A stretch of 64,000 nt of DNA. Origin: Alphaproteobacteria bacterium (lineage in GTDB: Bacteria; Pseudomonadota; Alphaproteobacteria; G965222575). The notes under the pieces are model-generated. The model was not told where the DNA came from. It ran no database searches and was given only the letters and a program-made list of their open reading frames with translations. Below are positions 16,926 through 27,907 of the stretch, piece by piece. Position 1 is the stretch's first letter; every line of letters starts with the position of its first letter. The translations under genes were made by a program, and so were the position numbers. The DNA lies in NCBI GenBank assembly GCA_965222575.1, contig OZ244958.1, forward strand, positions 1,024,001 to 1,088,000, read 5' to 3'.

Positions 16926-18626
16926 ATGAAGAGTTTGTATAGGTTTTTTCTCAAGTTGTGGCGTGGGGTCTTAGCCTTTTTTTATCGTGTGGCTGTGACA
17001 ATTGTAGCCTTTCTCTTGATTGTGGTTTTTTTGGTAATTGTTGTGAAGGTGTGGGATAGGGGAGAAGGGTATGAGGCGCCTGATTTTTCGTTGAAGAATA
17101 GCCGGACAGTTGTGTTGGATATGGCGAGCATGCTCTCTCCACCTTGGTATAGAGCTGTTGTTGAGGGGGAACAATTTCTTTTAGGGGAAGGGATTTTTTA
17201 TACATTAAGAGAGCTTGAGGACCTTCCTTTTATTACAACAGTGATTTTGGATTTTTCTCGTTTTCCTCTCTCTTTAGTGATGGCAGAGGAGATTCGCAAT
17301 CATGTAGAGGCATTGAATCTTGCTGGGAAGACGACCATTGCGTTTTCGGAATCTTATGATATGAAAACCTTGTTAGCATCTAGTACTTGCCAGCAGCGTC
17401 TGATTTCTCCTATGAGTTTTAGTAGCTTATTGCGTGGGACTGTACTGAGTGTGTCTTACAATAGGGGATTGATGGATAAGTTGCGCATACGCCCTTATGT
17501 GTTTTCTACGGACCCTTATAAAACGGCTGCTAATACTGTGGAATACAAAACGATGCCGGAGGCTGATAGGGAGGTTTTCACCAGTATAGTGAAAGACCTC
17601 AATAGTTCTATTTTTGCCTCTCTTGAAGGTTCTATGGACTTTCCTGCGAAAACATTGCGTACCCTGTTAAGTACTCAGAAGCCCTTTTACTCAGGGGAAG
17701 AGCTTTTACAACAAGGGCTTGTTACAAAGGTACAGTCTTTTGAAGACCTTGAAAAGGAAATGGGGAAGGTGTCAATTATTGGCTCTTATGAAGAGTTTAG
17801 GCAGGAGTCGGAAAAGTTTATGGAAACGTTTGCTTATACGCAAATAGGGGAGCTTTATCTACAGGGGGGGATTGGAGATCGTGAGGCGGATATTTTTATT
17901 GAAGAGCTGAAGAGTGCTGAGAATAATGCTTCTATTAGGGGGATGTTGGTGTACCTTAATAGTCCGGGTGGAGGGTTTGAGTCTTCTCGCAGGATTTATG
18001 AAGCGGTGAGGAAGGCAAAGAAGCCAATTGTGGTACTGTTAAGAGACATGGGGACATCTGGAGGGTATTATGCTGTTGCGGCGGCAGATAAAATTGTAGC
18101 CTATTCTTCTACTATTACGGGGTCTATAGGGGTTTTTATGGCTCTTCCTATGGTCAAGGAGTCTTTGGAGGTGATTGGTATTAATACCTATAATGTTTCT
18201 GAGTTTCCTGATGATAAGACGGCGCTTTTTCTTACGGAGCCTTTAAGTGAGGGGCAGCAAGGGGGTCTTGAGCAATATGTTGAGAAGCTTTATGATATTT
18301 TTATTGAGGATGTGGCAAAGGGGCGGGAGGTGACGAAGGCGGAGATAAATCAGGTAGGGCGCGGACGTGTGTGGACTGGGAGTCAAGCTTTGGAGCAACA
18401 TCTTGTGGATAGTCTAGGAGGCATAGAGGTTGCACTTACTCATTTGAAAGTCTTATGTGGCATTCCTGCTGATGAGCGGGTGAATCTTGTGAAGATTACG
18501 AAGAAGCGTAAAAGGGAAATTGCTAGTCGTTTAGGCTTACTTTTTTCAAAGTTGTTTGTGAAAACTTTTTGGTCAATAGAAGAGCAAGAGCTTTTGTATC
18601 GTTCCCCTATTATCAATATTCACTGA
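16926..18626 (+). CDS. sppA: signal peptide peptidase SppA (long form, S49)
   Basis: N-terminal TM, YKTA Lys, NSPGG, TSGGY Ser, TGSIGV, GRVWTG.QA. Confidence 0.88.
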   Translation: MKSLYRFFLKLWRGVLAFFYRVAVTIVAFLLIVVFLVIVVKVWDRGEGYEAPDFSLKNSRTVVLDMASMLSPPWYRAVVEGEQFLLGEGIFYTLRELEDLPFITTVILDFSRFPLSLVMAEEIRNHVEALNLAGKTTIAFSESYDMKTLLASSTCQQRLISPMSFSSLLRGTVLSVSYNRGLMDKLRIRPYVFSTDPYKTAANTVEYKTMPEADREVFTSIVKDLNSSIFASLEGSMDFPAKTLRTLLSTQKPFYSGEELLQQGLVTKVQSFEDLEKEMGKVSIIGSYEEFRQESEKFMETFAYTQIGELYLQGGIGDREADIFIEELKSAENNASIRGMLVYLNSPGGGFESSRRIYEAVRKAKKPIVVLLRDMGTSGGYYAVAAADKIVAYSSTITGSIGVFMALPMVKESLEVIGINTYNVSEFPDDKTALFLTEPLSEGQQGGLEQYVEKLYDIFIEDVAKGREVTKAEINQVGRGRVWTGSQALEQHLVDSLGGIEVALTHLKVLCGIPADERVNLVKITKKRKREIASRLGLLFSKLFVKTFWSIEEQELLYRSPIINIH

Positions 18627-18630
18627 GGAG

Positions 18631-19329
18631 ATGCAGCATTTTCCTCCTTTGCTTAGAGGGCATTTGAAGAGACGTTACAAGAGATTTTTAGCTGATGTTC
18701 AGTTGCTAGATGGTCGTGATATCACGGCTTACTGTCCTAATACTGGTTCTTTGCAGGGGCTAGCACAAGAGGGGCGGGAGGTTGCACTTTATTATGAGCC
18801 GTCTTCTAGGAGGAAGCTTTCGTATACTTGGCTTTTATCCAGAGCTTTCCCCTCGAGAGCGTGGGTTAATATTCATACTGGTCAAACCAACGCCTTTGTG
18901 GAAGGTCTTTTGTTGCGTTATAGGACAGCTCTTAGGGGGTATCAGGAGGTAAAAAGGGAAGTGAGTGTACAGGGGGGGCGGTTAGATTTTTGTCTTTCTT
19001 CTCCCGGTAAGCCTCTTTGTTATGTAGAAGTGAAGAGTGTGTCTCTCTCCCGGCAGTTTGGGTTAGCGGAGTTTCCTGATTCTCCTACTGTGCGGGGGCA
19101 GAAGCATTTGAGGATGTTGATGGCGTTGGGAGAAGGGGCGCGTGTTGTGGTTCTGTTTTTGGTTCAACGAGGGGATTGTACGGCTTTTAGAGTAGCAAAG
19201 GACATAGACCCTGTGTATGGGGAGTTATTTCAGGAGGGGCGGCAACGTGGGGTGGAGGTGTTGGTCTATGACTGCGAGGTGAGTTTGAAGAGCATGGGGT
19301 TTAAGGGGGCTTTGGCTTTAGAGCATTAG
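18631..19329 (+). CDS. sfsA: DNA/RNA nuclease SfsA
   Basis: RYKRFLADV, CPNTGS, RLDF, YVEVKSV, FPDSPT.RGQKHL. Confidence 0.95.
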   Translation: MQHFPPLLRGHLKRRYKRFLADVQLLDGRDITAYCPNTGSLQGLAQEGREVALYYEPSSRRKLSYTWLLSRAFPSRAWVNIHTGQTNAFVEGLLLRYRTALRGYQEVKREVSVQGGRLDFCLSSPGKPLCYVEVKSVSLSRQFGLAEFPDSPTVRGQKHLRMLMALGEGARVVVLFLVQRGDCTAFRVAKDIDPVYGELFQEGRQRGVEVLVYDCEVSLKSMGFKGALALEH

Positions 19330-20651
19330 AGGAACTCAAGAGGGGGAGCAGGGGTGAGATTATTGTGGAGGAAGCCCTCTTCCATGACTATTTTGCCAGC
19401 GACTATTGTCATGACGGGCCAGCCGGTGAGGGGGATGCCGTGGAAAGGAGACCACCCGCACTTGCTATAAAGCGGTGATTCGCCAACTTTTTGTATTTTT
19501 TTCATATCCACGAGGACAAGGTCGGCATCGAATCCGCTTGTAATCTGTCCTTTGTTTTTGATGCGAAAGAGTTCTGCTGGACGCCACGAGGTCATATGGA
19601 CAAGTTTTGGCAGGCTGATTCTGCCTTTATGCACCCAATTGAGCATCACAGGCAGTAAGGTTTGAACGCCGGGCATACCGGAGGGAGATTCTGGATAGGG
19701 GGTGTCTTTTTCTTGTTGTGTATGGGGAGCGTGGTCAGAGCCTATGACATCGAAGACTCCTATTTCTAGGGCTTTCCAGAGCGCTTCTCTGTGGTGTTTT
19801 TCTCGTAAGGGGGGATTCATCTGAGCATATGTTCCAAGACGGTCATAACAGTCGGGGGCATAGAAGGTGAGATGTTGGGGGGTGATTTCTAGGGTTATGT
19901 GCGCTTTATGCTGTTGAAGGAAGGCGACTTCTTCCTCTGAGCTGATATGGAGAATGTGAACAGATTTCCCTGTTTTTTTCGCAAGCCCTATGAGTCGTTG
20001 CGTAGCAAGAAGGGCGGTAGTCGTATCGCGCCATAAAGGATGATTGGAGACATTTTGTCCGCGCTTATCAAGTCGTTTGAGGAGGCGTTGGGTGTCTTCT
20101 GCATGAACAGCTACTGGCCTTTGGGCTTGACGCAGTACCTCTTCAATAGCGGACGCTTCATGGAAGAGTAAATCACCAGTAGAAGCCCCCATGAAGATTT
20201 TCGTACCACAGCATCCAGCAAGGTTCGAAAGACGGTGTAAGGTTTTATGATTGGAGGCTGTAGCCCCTAGGTAGAATCCGTAACAGGCTACTGATGACTT
20301 AGCAGCTAGAGACATTTTTTCCTTTAATGTTTTTTCTCCGGTAGTAGGCGGAGAGGTATTAGGCATCTCCAAAAAGGAGGTGACGCCACCGGCTACAGCG
20401 GCGTAAGACCCTGTGGTCATGTCTTCTTTATGCTCCCCTCCCGGTTGACGAAAATGGACTTGTGTGTCAATGACTCCCGGTAGGGCTAAAAGGTGTTGCC
20501 CGTTAATGTTCTTCACCCCTTCAGAGATTCCATTAGGGGAGATGATTTTCCCCTTTTCAATGGCAATATTCATCCTTTGTTGCGTAAGCTGACCATTTCG
20601 AGGTGCCACAGCGAGAATATTTTTGATAAAAATGTCTGGACAGAGAGACAT
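19326..20651 (-). CDS. pyrC: dihydroorotase
   Basis: PGVIDTQVHFRQPG, EMPNT, KIFMG, HAED, MNPPLR, SDHAPH. Confidence 0.9.
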   Translation of the reverse strand: MSLCPDIFIKNILAVAPRNGQLTQQRMNIAIEKGKIISPNGISEGVKNINGQHLLALPGVIDTQVHFRQPGGEHKEDMTTGSYAAVAGGVTSFLEMPNTSPPTTGEKTLKEKMSLAAKSSVACYGFYLGATASNHKTLHRLSNLAGCCGTKIFMGASTGDLLFHEASAIEEVLRQAQRPVAVHAEDTQRLLKRLDKRGQNVSNHPLWRDTTTALLATQRLIGLAKKTGKSVHILHISSEEEVAFLQQHKAHITLEITPQHLTFYAPDCYDRLGTYAQMNPPLREKHHREALWKALEIGVFDVIGSDHAPHTQQEKDTPYPESPSGMPGVQTLLPVMLNWVHKGRISLPKLVHMTSWRPAELFRIKNKGQITSGFDADLVLVDMKKIQKVGESPLYSKCGWSPFHGIPLTGWPVMTIVAGKIVMEEGFLHNNLTPAPPLEFL

Positions 20652-20736
20652 TTGAAAAAGAGGGTTGTAAAATCATTAGCTTTTCCTTAGCGTATCATAA
20701 GATATAAGGGGGAGGGACATCTTTTACTGAAAATTC

Positions 20737-23214
20737 TTGCTCATGAAAATTGTTATTGTTGAATCTCCTGCTAAAGCGAAAACCATTCAAAAGTACTTAG
20801 GGACGGGCTATCGGGTTTGTGCATGTTTTGGTCATGTACGAGACTTGCCCTCTAAAGAGGGGTCTGTCTTGCCTGATAAAGACTTTCATATGATTTATGA
20901 GCTTTCTTCTCATCATAGGAAATACCTGAAGGAGATTACTAAGGTTGCGCAGTCTGCTAGTGCTTTATATCTTGCAACTGACCCTGATAGGGAAGGGGAA
21001 GCCATTGCGTGGCATATGAAGGAGGTATTAGCCTCTAAGAAGGCGTTGCCTCAAAGTGTAAAGAGGATTGTTTTTTCTGAGATTACAAAATCCGCTATTG
21101 AAGCGTCACTACCACAAGCCCGTGCTATCAGTATGGATTTGGTGAATGCGCAGCAGGCCCGTCGTGCTTTAGATTATTTGGTAGGCTTTACTCTTTCACC
21201 GGTATTGTGGAAAAAAATTCCTTCTGCTCGTTCTGCCGGTAGAGTGCAATCTGTGGCGTTGAGACTGATTTATGAACGAGAGTGTGACATTCTTGCTTTT
21301 GTTCCGCAAGAATATTGGAGTATAGAAGGAAACTTTATTCAAAAGGGAAAATCCTTTGTTGCTACGCTGGTGGAGAAAGAGGAAGAGAGACTGGAAAAAT
21401 GTGCTATTTCCACTGAAGACTTGGCGGCGGCTTATGTGGAAGATATCAAGAAAAGGGATTTTTCTATTGTTCATCAGGTAGAGAAAACACTTTACCGTCA
21501 TCCTCCCCCGGCTTTTATAACCTCTACTCTCCAACAAGAGGCCTCTCAAAAGCTAGGATTATCGGTGTCTCAAGTGATGCGTCACGCACAACAGCTCTAT
21601 GAAGGGATAGGAGAGCAAGGGGGGCTAATAACCTATATGCGGACAGATAGCCCTCATATGTCCAAAGAGGCACTTCTTGCTGCGCGGGCTGTGATTGCTT
21701 CTTCTTTTGATAAGGCCTATTTGCCTGTTGCTGCTCGTAAGTTTAAGGCGTCTTCAAAGGTTGCCCAAGAAGCCCATGAAGCCATCAGGCCGACGCAGTT
21801 TTCTCTTTTGCCTTCGCAGGTACAATCGCTCTCTTCTCAACAACTTGGGCTTTATGATCTCATCTGGAAACGGGCGCTAGCTAGTCAGATGCAATCGGCG
21901 ACTTTTAAGCAAGGGACAGTGATACTGAAGGATGCTGAAAAAAAATGGACATTCAAAGCGACGGGGTCAGAGGTCATTTTTGATGGGTTTCTGAAGCTTT
22001 ACCCGCCCTCCTCTGGTGATAAGGAAAAGAAAACAAAAGAGAAGATGCTACCATCTTTGGAAGAAGGGGCTGTGCATCAAGAGCGTATGACGTCTTTTGG
22101 GCATGTGACAACCCCGCCGCACCGATACAGAGAAGCGACTTTGGTGAAAAAATTAGAAGAGCTTGGGATAGGACGTCCTTCCACTTATGCTAGCATTATT
22201 GATATCCTGAAAAAAAGAGAATATGTTACCTTAAAAGACAGAAAATTTGTTTGCCAGCAGCGTGGGGCAGTGGTGACGATTTTTTTGAAGCATTTTTTCC
22301 CTCAATATATTACCTATATGTTCACAGCGGAATTGGAAACGAAATTAGACCATATTGCTACGGGGAATGTTTCGTGGAAAAAAGTTTTAGGAGAGTTCTG
22401 GGACCCTTTTTGCGCTCTTTCTAAAAGCGTCAATCACTCCTCTCGTGAAGATGTGATGAAAGCGATACAGTTGGAGTTGGTATCCTTTGTTTGTCCTAAA
22501 GACAATCCTCAGGAGATGCTTAAGTCTTGTCCTGCTTGTGGAAAAGGGACATTGGGGATTAAAGTTGGGAAGGGGAGATTTTTTTTGGGATGTTCTGAAT
22601 ATCCCAGCTGTACGCACACGCGAAACTTAGGAGATGAGGAGACGATGACAGAGAATAATCAAGCGTTTACAAAGGTTTTAGGGAAAAATCCCACTTCTGG
22701 GGAAGAGGTATTGGTGAAAAAAGGCCCCTTTGGTTATTACTTAGAAGAGCATGTACCAGATAAAAAGCCTAAGCGGGTTTCTCTAAAACCCCCTCTTGAC
22801 CCTCATAGGATTACTTTGGAAGAAGCTCTTAAACTCTTAGTGTTTCCGAAGCTTTTGGGGAAACATCCTGAAACAAAAGAAGAAATTTTTGTACGACTTG
22901 GTCGTTATGGGCCTTATCTTGACCACAATGGGAAATATGCTAAGTTATCTTCTGTGGAGGAGGCTATGGAGGTTGGACTTAACAGGGCTATTGTTTTGTT
23001 GAAAGAAGGGAGGAATGGGGGAAGCAAGAGGCAGGTATTGAAAGTCTTGGGGGAGCATCCGGAAGGAGGCGGTACTGTGGAGATTTTACAAGGACGTTAT
23101 GGGCCTTATGTGACCCATAAAAGAATCAATGTTTCGTTGAAGAAAACAGGGGCTACAGACCTCACTTTAGAAGAAGCTGTGGAGCTGTTAGCAGCGAAAA
23201 GCCGTACCAAGTAG
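20737..23214 (+). CDS. topA: DNA topoisomerase I
   Basis: IVESPAKAKTI, ATDPDREGEAI, GRVQS, ITYMRTD, GIGRPSTY, one Zn ribbon, C-terminal GRYGPY repeats. Start is 20737 or 20743. Confidence 0.97.
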   Translation: MLMKIVIVESPAKAKTIQKYLGTGYRVCACFGHVRDLPSKEGSVLPDKDFHMIYELSSHHRKYLKEITKVAQSASALYLATDPDREGEAIAWHMKEVLASKKALPQSVKRIVFSEITKSAIEASLPQARAISMDLVNAQQARRALDYLVGFTLSPVLWKKIPSARSAGRVQSVALRLIYERECDILAFVPQEYWSIEGNFIQKGKSFVATLVEKEEERLEKCAISTEDLAAAYVEDIKKRDFSIVHQVEKTLYRHPPPAFITSTLQQEASQKLGLSVSQVMRHAQQLYEGIGEQGGLITYMRTDSPHMSKEALLAARAVIASSFDKAYLPVAARKFKASSKVAQEAHEAIRPTQFSLLPSQVQSLSSQQLGLYDLIWKRALASQMQSATFKQGTVILKDAEKKWTFKATGSEVIFDGFLKLYPPSSGDKEKKTKEKMLPSLEEGAVHQERMTSFGHVTTPPHRYREATLVKKLEELGIGRPSTYASIIDILKKREYVTLKDRKFVCQQRGAVVTIFLKHFFPQYITYMFTAELETKLDHIATGNVSWKKVLGEFWDPFCALSKSVNHSSREDVMKAIQLELVSFVCPKDNPQEMLKSCPACGKGTLGIKVGKGRFFLGCSEYPSCTHTRNLGDEETMTENNQAFTKVLGKNPTSGEEVLVKKGPFGYYLEEHVPDKKPKRVSLKPPLDPHRITLEEALKLLVFPKLLGKHPETKEEIFVRLGRYGPYLDHNGKYAKLSSVEEAMEVGLNRAIVLLKEGRNGGSKRQVLKVLGEHPEGGGTVEILQGRYGPYVTHKRINVSLKKTGATDLTLEEAVELLAAKSRTK

Positions 23215-23221
23215 TTTCTCC

Positions 23222-25360
23222 CTAGAAAAAGGCGTAAGGGTCTATATCGATTTCTACTTTTACACTTCTGAGGAGGTGTTTTTTTTGACAGGCTGAGAGC
23301 CAAAGAGAGATGAGTTTTTGAGGGCGTATATGCTTGGGTGTTCGGATTGAGAAACGCCATCGATAGGCGCCTCTGATACGAAAGTGCACAGCGGGAGATG
23401 GTCCTAGAATGGTGACGTCTTGATTTTTTACCTGCGGAATGAGAGAGCCTATTTGGCGCACGATATGTGCGGTTTTTTCTTCATGCAGACCGCTGATGAT
23501 GAGAGAGGCTAGGGAGCCGAAAGGAGGGAGAGAATAGGTTTTTCTCAGATATTTTTCATGGGCTATGTACCCTTGTTGATTTCTTGTGCATAGATACTGA
23601 AGTAGGGGGTTATTTGGGGTATGGGTTTGGAGAAAGACTTCTCCTGGGTATTTTCGTCCTCCGCGCCCTGCTACCTGTTCAAGAATCTGCCAAGTGGCTT
23701 CTGCTGTACGAAACTCTCCGGCAAGAGAATGAAAATCCGCATCAATGACTCCCACCACAGTTAAATGAGGAAAATGGTGACCTTTGCTGATGATTTGCGT
23801 ACCAATGAGGATATCAATTTTTCCTTGTGACATGTTTTGAATCAAAGTTTCTTTTTGTCCTGCTTTGAGAATTGTGTCACTGCTGATTTTCTCAATACAG
23901 GCTTTAGGGAAGAGAGTGCGCACTGTTTCCTCTAGGCGTTCTATGCCCGGACCATAAGAGCGAAACCCTTTGCCTTTTCCGCAAGGACAGGTTTTGCTCA
24001 AAGGAAAAGTGCTATGACAGAGATGACATTTTAGTACCTTTTCTTTTAGGTGGTGGACTAAGAAAGAGGAGCACTGGTCGCACAATAAGATATCGCTGCA
24101 TGTTGTGCAAATGCGACAGTTTGCATAGCCACGGCGATTGAGATATAACAGACTCTGATGTCCTTGTTTCAAGGCTTTTTCTATGGCTTTTTTCAGAGGG
24201 TCTGAGAGGAAGGTGTGGTTGGATGTGGTACGCATATCTACCAGATTGATAGGAGGCAGGGGGCGGGGGCGTTCTTTTTCTTCTAAGGTAGTGAGTGACC
24301 AGCCTTTATGTTCTATGTTATAGAGGGTTTCCATAGAGGGGGTTGCTGATATGAGGATAACGGGACAGCTGTGTTGTTTTCCGCGCATCAAAGCCATGTC
24401 TCGTCCGTGATAGCGCAGTCCTTCGTCTTGCTTAAATGAGGTATCGTGTTCTTCGTCTATGATAAGGCCTCCGAGGGTGTGAAAGGGCAGAAACACAGCT
24501 GAGCGGGCGCCTACGACCACACAAGGAGTAGCCTGTTGGAGTGCTGTCCATATGGCTTTTTTTTCTGAAGGTTTTTGGTGGGTATGCCATAGATAGGGGT
24601 CAATGTTGAGGGTGTCTCTTAACAGTCCTCTCCAACGCGTGGTAAGAGCGATTTCTGGCAAGAGGACGAGTGCTTGTTTGCCGTGGTTGAGAATTTTTTC
24701 TATGAGGGGTGCGCCGATAGTGGATTTTCCTGTTCCGGGGGCCCCTGAGAGAACAAGGGGAGAGAAGGCAGCGTTATGGATTTTTTCGTAAGCGTGTTGC
24801 AGGAAGTTTTGCTGAGAGCGTGTGGGGTTGATGCGAAATTTTTTAGGCTTGTGAGCGGAAAGCGGGGGGGAGAGGCGTTTGAGAATGCCGGCTTTGATTA
24901 AAGGGGCTATGAGATGGCTTTTCTCTTTGAGACGATGTATGGGTATGGCTGTGTCAACGGGCAAGTGGGCAAGCAGGCGGGCACGGCTTTTCGTCATGAT
25001 AGAGGGCTTTTGTCCTTCCCATAGGATATGAGTGGGGCGTGTCTCTTTTTTGAGGGCGGAAGATAGAGCGGTTTTTAGCACTAGGCCAAGGGGAGTCATG
25101 TAGTAGTGGGAAGACCATGTGAGAAACTTTAGGTATTCTAAGGATAGAGGCGTAAAGGGGAGAATTTTTGCAATGCTTTTGATTTGTTCTTCTTTTAAGG
25201 TGGTGGGGGGCTTGTTATGAAGACTCCAAACGACTCCTATGGAGTGTTTATGGCGAATTGGCACTTCTACAAAGGTCCCAATGCATATGTCTTCTTTTGT
25301 TTTATAAGTGAGCGGCTTTTTTAAGGACTGTGGGAGTAAAACAGTGGGGTAGTGAAACAT
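23222..25360 (-). CDS. priA: primosomal helicase PriA
   Basis: GAPGTGKS, LLPEIALT, GARSA, DEEHD, SATPS, NRRGY with Cys-rich region, GTQ..KGH, QVAGRGGR, DIDP. Confidence 0.95.
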   Translation of the reverse strand: MFHYPTVLLPQSLKKPLTYKTKEDICIGTFVEVPIRHKHSIGVVWSLHNKPPTTLKEEQIKSIAKILPFTPLSLEYLKFLTWSSHYYMTPLGLVLKTALSSALKKETRPTHILWEGQKPSIMTKSRARLLAHLPVDTAIPIHRLKEKSHLIAPLIKAGILKRLSPPLSAHKPKKFRINPTRSQQNFLQHAYEKIHNAAFSPLVLSGAPGTGKSTIGAPLIEKILNHGKQALVLLPEIALTTRWRGLLRDTLNIDPYLWHTHQKPSEKKAIWTALQQATPCVVVGARSAVFLPFHTLGGLIIDEEHDTSFKQDEGLRYHGRDMALMRGKQHSCPVILISATPSMETLYNIEHKGWSLTTLEEKERPRPLPPINLVDMRTTSNHTFLSDPLKKAIEKALKQGHQSLLYLNRRGYANCRICTTCSDILLCDQCSSFLVHHLKEKVLKCHLCHSTFPLSKTCPCGKGKGFRSYGPGIERLEETVRTLFPKACIEKISSDTILKAGQKETLIQNMSQGKIDILIGTQIISKGHHFPHLTVVGVIDADFHSLAGEFRTAEATWQILEQVAGRGGRKYPGEVFLQTHTPNNPLLQYLCTRNQQGYIAHEKYLRKTYSLPPFGSLASLIISGLHEEKTAHIVRQIGSLIPQVKNQDVTILGPSPAVHFRIRGAYRWRFSIRTPKHIRPQKLISLWLSACQKKHLLRSVKVEIDIDPYAFF

Positions 25361-25377
25361 TATTCAACTGAAATTGA

Positions 25378-25406
25378 TTGCTCTTAGAGAAGAGAAAGGA
25401 TATGAT
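25378..25406 (+). promoter_or_regulatory. sigma70-like promoter for the redoxin-yfgM-bamB-der operon
   Basis: TTGCTC-N17-TATGAT. Confidence 0.45.
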
Positions 25407-25439
25407 AGCAGGTAATAAACACCTTTCTCAAAGGAATCC

Positions 25440-25988
25440 ATGGTTTTGACAGAAACGCCGCATTTGTCTCCGGGGGGAGAGGCGCCTGATTTTTCTCTTA
25501 CTGATGAGGAAGGGAAGAGGTATACCCTTTCTTCTGTACGAGGCAAGGAAGGCCTTTTGGTGATGTTTATCTGTAATCACTGTCCTTATGTGCAGGCTAT
25601 TGTGCATCGTTTGGTGGAGGAGACGAAGGTTCTTGTTACACTAGGCATTGGTAGTATTGCTTTTATGCCTAATGATGTGGAACAGTTTCCTTTGGATGCG
25701 CCTGATAAAATGAGAGTGTTTGCTAAGGAGAATGCTTTTTCTTTTCCTTATCTTTGGGATGAGACTCAGGAGATAGCCCACGCTTATGGGGCTGTGTGCA
25801 CGCCGGATTTTTTCTTATTTGATAAGGAATTGCGTTTATATTATAGAGGTCGTTTGGTGGAGGTGAGTCACCTGACTATTACGGGGGGTTCTTCAGATTT
25901 GGTGGAGGCTGCGAAAAAAATGAGGACTTTTGTTCCTCCGCCATCTTCTCCCCCTTCTTCTATGGGATGTTCTATTAAGTGGAAATAG
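25440..25988 (+). CDS. thioredoxin-family (AhpC/TSA-like) redoxin
   Basis: APDFSL, MFICNHCPYV, YGAVCTPDFF, SMGCSIKWK. Confidence 0.9.
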   Translation: MVLTETPHLSPGGEAPDFSLTDEEGKRYTLSSVRGKEGLLVMFICNHCPYVQAIVHRLVEETKVLVTLGIGSIAFMPNDVEQFPLDAPDKMRVFAKENAFSFPYLWDETQEIAHAYGAVCTPDFFLFDKELRLYYRGRLVEVSHLTITGGSSDLVEAAKKMRTFVPPPSSPPSSMGCSIKWK

Positions 25989-25994
25989 GAAGAA

Positions 25995-26600
25995 ATGGCA
26001 CTGAAGTCTTTTTTACACAATCTTTCTTTAGACTCTGTACTGGGTCTTCTTAAGGTCTATAAAAGACCTCTTATCATAGGGGGCAGTATTGTTTTGGTTC
26101 TTGTTATTGGGGGGGTATTTTATCAAGAGCGTGTAAAAAAGCTTAGAGAGACTCTCACGACTCATTTATACACCTATGTGAATCACAAGGAAAGTCATGA
26201 GACGCAAGCCCTTTCTTCTCTTAGAGCTGTTATGGATTCCTCTGAAGATTTCTATCGTCACCTAGCGTTTTTGCAGGTTTTGGAAGAGGAAGAAGCCAGT
26301 CATGTTTTGGAAGAGGAGAAGCTAGAAGAAAATCTTCAAGCTATTACGATGTTATCTCGGGGATTTTTGTTATTTTCTCAGGAAAAGTATGAAGATTGTA
26401 TAGTACTGTTAGAAGCCTTTTCGCATCCTGTATATGGGCCTTTGGGGGATGTTATTAGAGCGTTGGCTTACTGGCAGGATGGACAAGTGGGGAGGGCTTC
26501 TGAGATTTTGGAGGCTCTTGAGAGCAGGGTTGAGGTAGACCAGAGTGTGAAGTCTTTGGTCAAGCAGTTTTTACCGATTTTGAGAGAGTCTTCATCATGA
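25995..26600 (+). CDS. YfgM-like membrane-anchored TPR protein
   Basis: Single N-terminal TM, helical domain, conserved position upstream of bamB-der. Confidence 0.6.
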   Translation: MALKSFLHNLSLDSVLGLLKVYKRPLIIGGSIVLVLVIGGVFYQERVKKLRETLTTHLYTYVNHKESHETQALSSLRAVMDSSEDFYRHLAFLQVLEEEEASHVLEEEKLEENLQAITMLSRGFLLFSQEKYEDCIVLLEAFSHPVYGPLGDVIRALAYWQDGQVGRASEILEALESRVEVDQSVKSLVKQFLPILRESSS

Positions 26601-27892
26601 GTGAGCAAGGAAGGTACTGCCAGTGGGTATTAGGGGTCTTTTGTCTGTTGCTTTTAGGGAGTCTTTTTGGTTGCGGGAGTGATCGCGAGGTAGCTGAAGG
26701 GGAAAAGATAGAAGTTTTTTTTCCAAGTTCTTCCCTTGCTGTAGACCCGCTGTTGGAGGGAGTAGCAGTTTTTTTACCGAGGGCGGAGGAGAATAGTGTT
26801 TGGCCTTTGAACAAAGGGAATTTGAAGGTAGTCTCTTGGGATGGTGATATTAGTCCTACATGGAAAGTAAAGCTTGGGGCTCCTCAGGGTGTTGCGCATT
26901 TTACTGTGCCGCCCTTGATATCCGAGGGGAAGGTTTATGTACTAGATGGGCAATGGGTTCTACATGTTTTAGATCTTAAGACGGGAAAAAGGCTGTGGAA
27001 GAAGTCTCTTTTAACGCGAAAGGAAGATGAATCTCTTGTGTTTTCTGGTGGCATAAGCAAGGAAGAGGACATTCTGTATGTTTCCACGGGACTTGGAGAC
27101 CTTTTTGCCCTTACGGAGGAGGGGGAGACCATTTGGGTGTATAAGGATACGACTCCTGTGCGGTCTGCCCCTGTGATAGGAGAAACAATGGTGGTGATTG
27201 CGCTGATTAGTGGGAAGACTCTTGCTTTGGATAAAAAGACCGGTGAAAAACAGTGGACGAATTTGGCGCCTGTGAAGCCTTTGATGTTTTATCCCCAGAA
27301 GTTTCCTGTTTTTGCAGAAGGAGTTTTTTTAGTCCCTGCCTCTTCTTCTCATTTATTAGCGCTGGAGGAGAAAACAGGCAATTTGCTTTGGTCTACTCCT
27401 GTTGCTGGCGAGCGATCGCTTAAAACGGAACTGGAACAGATTGCTAATGTTGTTGGCATGCCTGTGGTGGAAAGAGATAAAGTGTTTGTGTTAGGCAACA
27501 GGCATGTGGTGATGGCTCTTGACATTTTATCTGGTATACCAAGGTGGTCTTTGGACATTGGGAGTTATTATGGCCCTTGGTATGCGGGGAATACCTTGTT
27601 TTTTGTGACTGAAGAGAATCAGTTGGTGGCACTGAGTTCTGAGGGCAAAGTGCGGTGGGTGAGCCAGATACCGCTTCAAGAAGGAAAGACGCGACTCATT
27701 TGGATGGGGCCTGTTTTGGTGGACTCAAAACTGTTTTTGCTTTCTCATATGGGAAGTCTTTTAGTGGTTGATGGACAAAATGGAAAAATTCTACAAGAGC
27801 ACGAATTGACCTCCTCTGTGTATCTTGCGCCTATGTTTGCAGAAGGGAAGATGCTGGTGATAAACAACAGGGGTTATGTGCTGTGTTGGTAG
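26597..27892 (+). CDS. bamB: PQQ-like beta-propeller lipoprotein (BamB family)
   Basis: Lipobox LFGC, repeated A(L)D..TG...W blades, located upstream of der. Confidence 0.8.
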   Translation: MSEQGRYCQWVLGVFCLLLLGSLFGCGSDREVAEGEKIEVFFPSSSLAVDPLLEGVAVFLPRAEENSVWPLNKGNLKVVSWDGDISPTWKVKLGAPQGVAHFTVPPLISEGKVYVLDGQWVLHVLDLKTGKRLWKKSLLTRKEDESLVFSGGISKEEDILYVSTGLGDLFALTEEGETIWVYKDTTPVRSAPVIGETMVVIALISGKTLALDKKTGEKQWTNLAPVKPLMFYPQKFPVFAEGVFLVPASSSHLLALEEKTGNLLWSTPVAGERSLKTELEQIANVVGMPVVERDKVFVLGNRHVVMALDILSGIPRWSLDIGSYYGPWYAGNTLFFVTEENQLVALSSEGKVRWVSQIPLQEGKTRLIWMGPVLVDSKLFLLSHMGSLLVVDGQNGKILQEHELTSSVYLAPMFAEGKMLVINNRGYVLCW

Positions 27893-27907
27893 ACTGGGAA
27901 GGGGGAG